Assembly (NCBI GenBank): GCA_964627965.1
Contig: CAZVLI010000001.1
Location: 1 to 28,336, forward strand
Source: an uncultured Rhodospirillales bacterium
GTDB lineage: Bacteria; Pseudomonadota; Alphaproteobacteria; GCA-2731375
DNA: 28,336 nucleotides
Reading direction: 5' to 3'
In this document: piece by piece, positions 25,674 through 28,336 of the stretch
Numbering within the stretch: the first letter of the stretch is position 1
How the letters are laid out: each line of letters begins with the position of its first letter
Made by a program: the position numbers and the translations under genes
Notes under the pieces: model-generated
What the model saw: the letters and a program-made list of their open reading frames with translations, nothing else
Told to the model about the DNA's origin: nothing
Database searches by the model: none

Positions 25674-26566
25674 TCGAGTTCGACGTCGCCGAGGAGGTCG
25701 CCTCGGCGCTGGCGGAGAGGCGGCCCGTCGTCGCGCTGGAGTCGACCGTGATCGCGCACGGTTTGCCCCACCCGACGAACGTGGAGACGGCGCTGGCGAT
25801 GGAGGCGGCGGTGCGCGACGCTGGCGCGGTGCCGGCGACCATCGCCATACTTGGCGGTCGCGCCACGGTCGGCCTGACCGAGGCGCAGGTCGCACGGCTC
25901 GCCAGCGGTGACGATGTCGCCAAGGCCAGCCGCCGCGACCTCCCGGTGGTCATTGGGCTGTCGCGCGATGCCGCGACGACGGTTTCCGGCACGATGGTTC
26001 TGGCCCAGCGGGCCGGCATCGACATCTTCGCCACCGGCGGCATCGGCGGCGTGCATCGCGGTGCGCCGTTCGACGTTTCCGCCGACTTGACGGAGCTGGC
26101 CCGAACGCCGGTCGCGGTGGTTTGCGCCGGGGCCAAGGCGATCCTCGACCTGCCGGCGACGCTGGAGGTGCTGGAGACGCAAGGCGTCCCCGTCGTCGGG
26201 CTGGGCACCGACGAGTTGCCGGCCTTCTACGTGCGTTCCAGCGGCTTGCCGGTTCCGGCCCGCGCGGATGACATCGACAGCGCGGCACGCGTTCTACGCA
26301 CATGGCGCGACCTCGGCGTCGGCAACGGAATCCTCTTCACGCTGCCGGTGCCCGAAGCGGCAGAGCTGGCGACGGCGGAGGTGGACCGTGCCGTTGCGGA
26401 GGCGACGGCGGAGGCCGTTGCTCAGGGCGTGGTCGGCGCTGCCGTCACACCGTTCGTTCTCGGACGGGTCGCGGCGCTGACTGGCGGGCGAAGCCTGCTG
26501 GCGAACACGGCCTTGCTGGTGAACAACGCTCGCACCGCAGCGGAACTTGCGGTCGCCGCCGCCTAG
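25670..26566 (+). CDS. psuG: Pseudouridine-5'-phosphate glycosidase
   Basis: VALESTVIAHGLP, KASRRDL, ATTVSGT, FATGGIGGVHRG, DVSADL, CAGAKAILD; GTG 25670 with GGAGG SD. Confidence 0.95.
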   Translation: MIEFDVAEEVASALAERRPVVALESTVIAHGLPHPTNVETALAMEAAVRDAGAVPATIAILGGRATVGLTEAQVARLASGDDVAKASRRDLPVVIGLSRDAATTVSGTMVLAQRAGIDIFATGGIGGVHRGAPFDVSADLTELARTPVAVVCAGAKAILDLPATLEVLETQGVPVVGLGTDELPAFYVRSSGLPVPARADDIDSAARVLRTWRDLGVGNGILFTLPVPEAAELATAEVDRAVAEATAEAVAQGVVGAAVTPFVLGRVAALTGGRSLLANTALLVNNARTAAELAVAAA

Positions 26567-28336
26567 CAGGTCGCGGCGGTCGGCAGTTCCCCGGTATCCA
26601 GAAGCGTGCGGATCGCCTCGGCGAGGTCACGGCGGTGGTATGGCTTGCTGAGGATCGGCAGCAACTCGGTCTCCGCGTTCTCGTCCGCGACCATGTCGCC
26701 CGGGAAGCCGGAGGTCAGCAGGACGCGGATAGACGGCCAGCGCTCGCGGACGACGCGAGCCAGTTCGCGCCCGTTGATCTGGCCCGGCATCACCACGTCG
26801 GTGAACAGCAGGTCGATGGTTTCGCTGCCGCTTTCGAGCATCGCCAGGGCGGCGTCGCCGTCCGTCGCTTCGAAGAGGCGATAGCCGAGCGGCGTCAGCT
26901 GAGCCAGGACGGTCGCACGCAGTTCCTCGTTGTCCTCCACGACCAGGATCGATTCGCTGCCGCGCGGCAGCGCATTGGAGGGGCGTTGCTCGGTGGCGGC
27001 GTCAGAGGGTTGTCGTGTGCGCGGCAGGTAGATGCGCACGGAGGTGCCGTGGCCGGGTTCGCTGTAGAGCCGGATATCGCCGCCCGACTGCTTCACGAAG
27101 CCGTAGACCATCGAGAGCCCAAGGCCGGTGCCGTTGCCCATCTCCTTGGTGGTGAAGAACGGATCGAAGGCCCGCGCCTTGGTTTCCGCGGTCATGCCGG
27201 CGCCGTTGTCGCTGAACTCCATCACGACGTAGTCGCCGGGGGCCAGGGCGTCGTCAGCGTCCAGCGTCGTGGCGTCCAGGGTCCGGTTGCAGGTCGAGAT
27301 CCGCAGCAGGCCGCCGTCGGGCATGGCGTCGCGGGCGTTGTTCGCCAGGTTGAGGACGCAGCTTTCGAGTTGCGCGCCGTCGGCGGTCGTCGGCCACAGG
27401 TCATCGGCGAGATCGAGGGTGATCTTGATGTCCTCGCCGATGGTCCGTCTCAACAGCTTGGCGACGTTCTCGATACGATCGTTCGGGTTCAGGACCCGCG
27501 GATCGAGCGGCTGGCGCCGCGAGAAGGCAAGCAGGCTGCGGATCAGGTCGGCGGCGCGTTCGCTGGCACCCATCGCGCCGGCGATCAGGCGCTCGGCGGC
27601 ATTGGGTTCGGTGGTGCCGCTGCTCAGGAGGTCGAGATTGCCGATGATGATGCCAAGGTAATTGTTGAAGTCGTGCGCCATGCCACCGGTGAGCTTGCCG
27701 ATGGCTTCCATGCGCTGCGCCTCGCGAAGCCGCTGCTCGGCCAGCGTCTCCGCGGTGACGTCATCGCCGACCGAGATCACGCCGCCGCCGCGTGACCGGC
27801 GTAGCTTCACACGCATCAGGCGGCCGTCGGCAAGCTGCCGAATCTCGCTGCGGCCGGTGGGATTGCGGTAGTCGGCAATGCGCTGGGCGATCATCGTCTC
27901 GACATTCTGGCCCGGCAGCGCCTTGGTCGCGCCGCGCTCGAAGCCGACCCGGATCAGGTGCTCGTAGGTGACGCCGACCTCCACCTGATCGGCGATCAGC
28001 GGCTGATGTTCGAGGTAGTTGGTGTTGTAGACGAGCAGCTTGCCGTCGCCATCGAACAGCAGAAGGTCGCTGGAGATGCTCTCGATCGCGTCGCTCAGGT
28101 TCGCCTGCGCTTCGCGAACTTCGGCCAGCGCACGCTGACGTTCGCTGTCGTCGCGGGCGGTGATCAGGATGCCGTCGATGCCGGGCTGGTCCAGTAGCGA
28201 TCGGCCGTTCACGGCCATGGTGCGCCAGCCGCCATCGGCGTGCCGGGCACGCAGCTGCAGGTCGACGCTGCTGCCTGGCTTCTCGATGCCCTTTTGCAGC
28301 GCTTCCATGGCGAACGCGACGTCCTGGGGGTGAATG
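26563..28336 (-). CDS. Hybrid PAS histidine kinase with receiver domain, CckA-like architecture (5' truncated by window)
   Basis: The frame stays open to the window edge (IHPQD PAS motif upstream of the ORF-track ATG); H-box GGMAHDFNN, FFTTKEMGNGTGLGL, receiver VEDN..FTDVVMPG. Confidence 0.9.
   Translation of the reverse strand, partial: IHPQDVAFAMEALQKGIEKPGSSVDLQLRARHADGGWRTMAVNGRSLLDQPGIDGILITARDDSERQRALAEVREAQANLSDAIESISSDLLLFDGDGKLLVYNTNYLEHQPLIADQVEVGVTYEHLIRVGFERGATKALPGQNVETMIAQRIADYRNPTGRSEIRQLADGRLMRVKLRRSRGGGVISVGDDVTAETLAEQRLREAQRMEAIGKLTGGMAHDFNNYLGIIIGNLDLLSSGTTEPNAAERLIAGAMGASERAADLIRSLLAFSRRQPLDPRVLNPNDRIENVAKLLRRTIGEDIKITLDLADDLWPTTADGAQLESCVLNLANNARDAMPDGGLLRISTCNRTLDATTLDADDALAPGDYVVMEFSDNGAGMTAETKARAFDPFFTTKEMGNGTGLGLSMVYGFVKQSGGDIRLYSEPGHGTSVRIYLPRTRQPSDAATEQRPSNALPRGSESILVVEDNEELRATVLAQLTPLGYRLFEATDGDAALAMLESGSETIDLLFTDVVMPGQINGRELARVVRERWPSIRVLLTSGFPGDMVADENAETELLPILSKPYHRRDLAEAIRTLLDTGELPTAATC

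Noticed and set aside
3965-26566. Convergent genes sharing a CTAG (3965-3968, 26563-26566) and the palindrome gcgcctaggcgc (7701-7712)
   Set aside because: Explained by TAG stops on both strands in compact convergent junctions; no evidence of function.
3017-27795. Long alternative-frame or antisense ORFs (for example 3017-4705, 4746-6251, 5600-7183, 9189-10928, 15317-16726, 18153-20000, 23213-24922, 26302-27795)
   Set aside because: They shadow well-supported genes, carry no recognisable motifs, and are expected from stop-codon scarcity at high GC.
1-28336. CRISPR arrays, IS elements, prophage genes, riboswitches of known class
   Set aside because: No spaced direct repeats, transposase/integrase/phage ORFs or recognisable aptamer consensus seen; an Rfam scan would be needed to exclude weak matches.

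Overview
High-GC bacterial chromosome segment, most likely Alphaproteobacteria (inferred from gene content and order; possibly Rhodospirillales-like). From left to right: the end of a polysaccharide cluster (manC, GT-B glycosyltransferase), tRNA-Ser(GGA) with a structured element attached to its 3' end, dapD, small DoxX/MaoC/HAD genes, and a coupled PAS-GAF-GGDEF + DUF2336 pair. The leftward core operon rpmH-rnpA-yidD-yidC-engB follows, then a divergent DUF547 / TVP38-DedA / flavin-disulfide reductase / histidine kinase unit. Next is a seven-gene run (GlcG-like, PuuE-like, DUF62 SAM hydrolase, NylC/DmpA-like hydrolase, orphan family-5 binding protein, psuK-like, psuG). Four histidine kinases have no separate response-regulator gene in the window. 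The clearest anomaly in the sequence is that the EngB GTPase frame has no stop codon and runs in frame into a complete 3-hydroxybenzoate 6-monooxygenase-type flavoprotein, where argB usually lies, across a linker that looks like a relic intergenic region. I saw no CRISPR array, integrase, transposase or rRNA. All family assignments come from motif recognition by eye; no searches were run.
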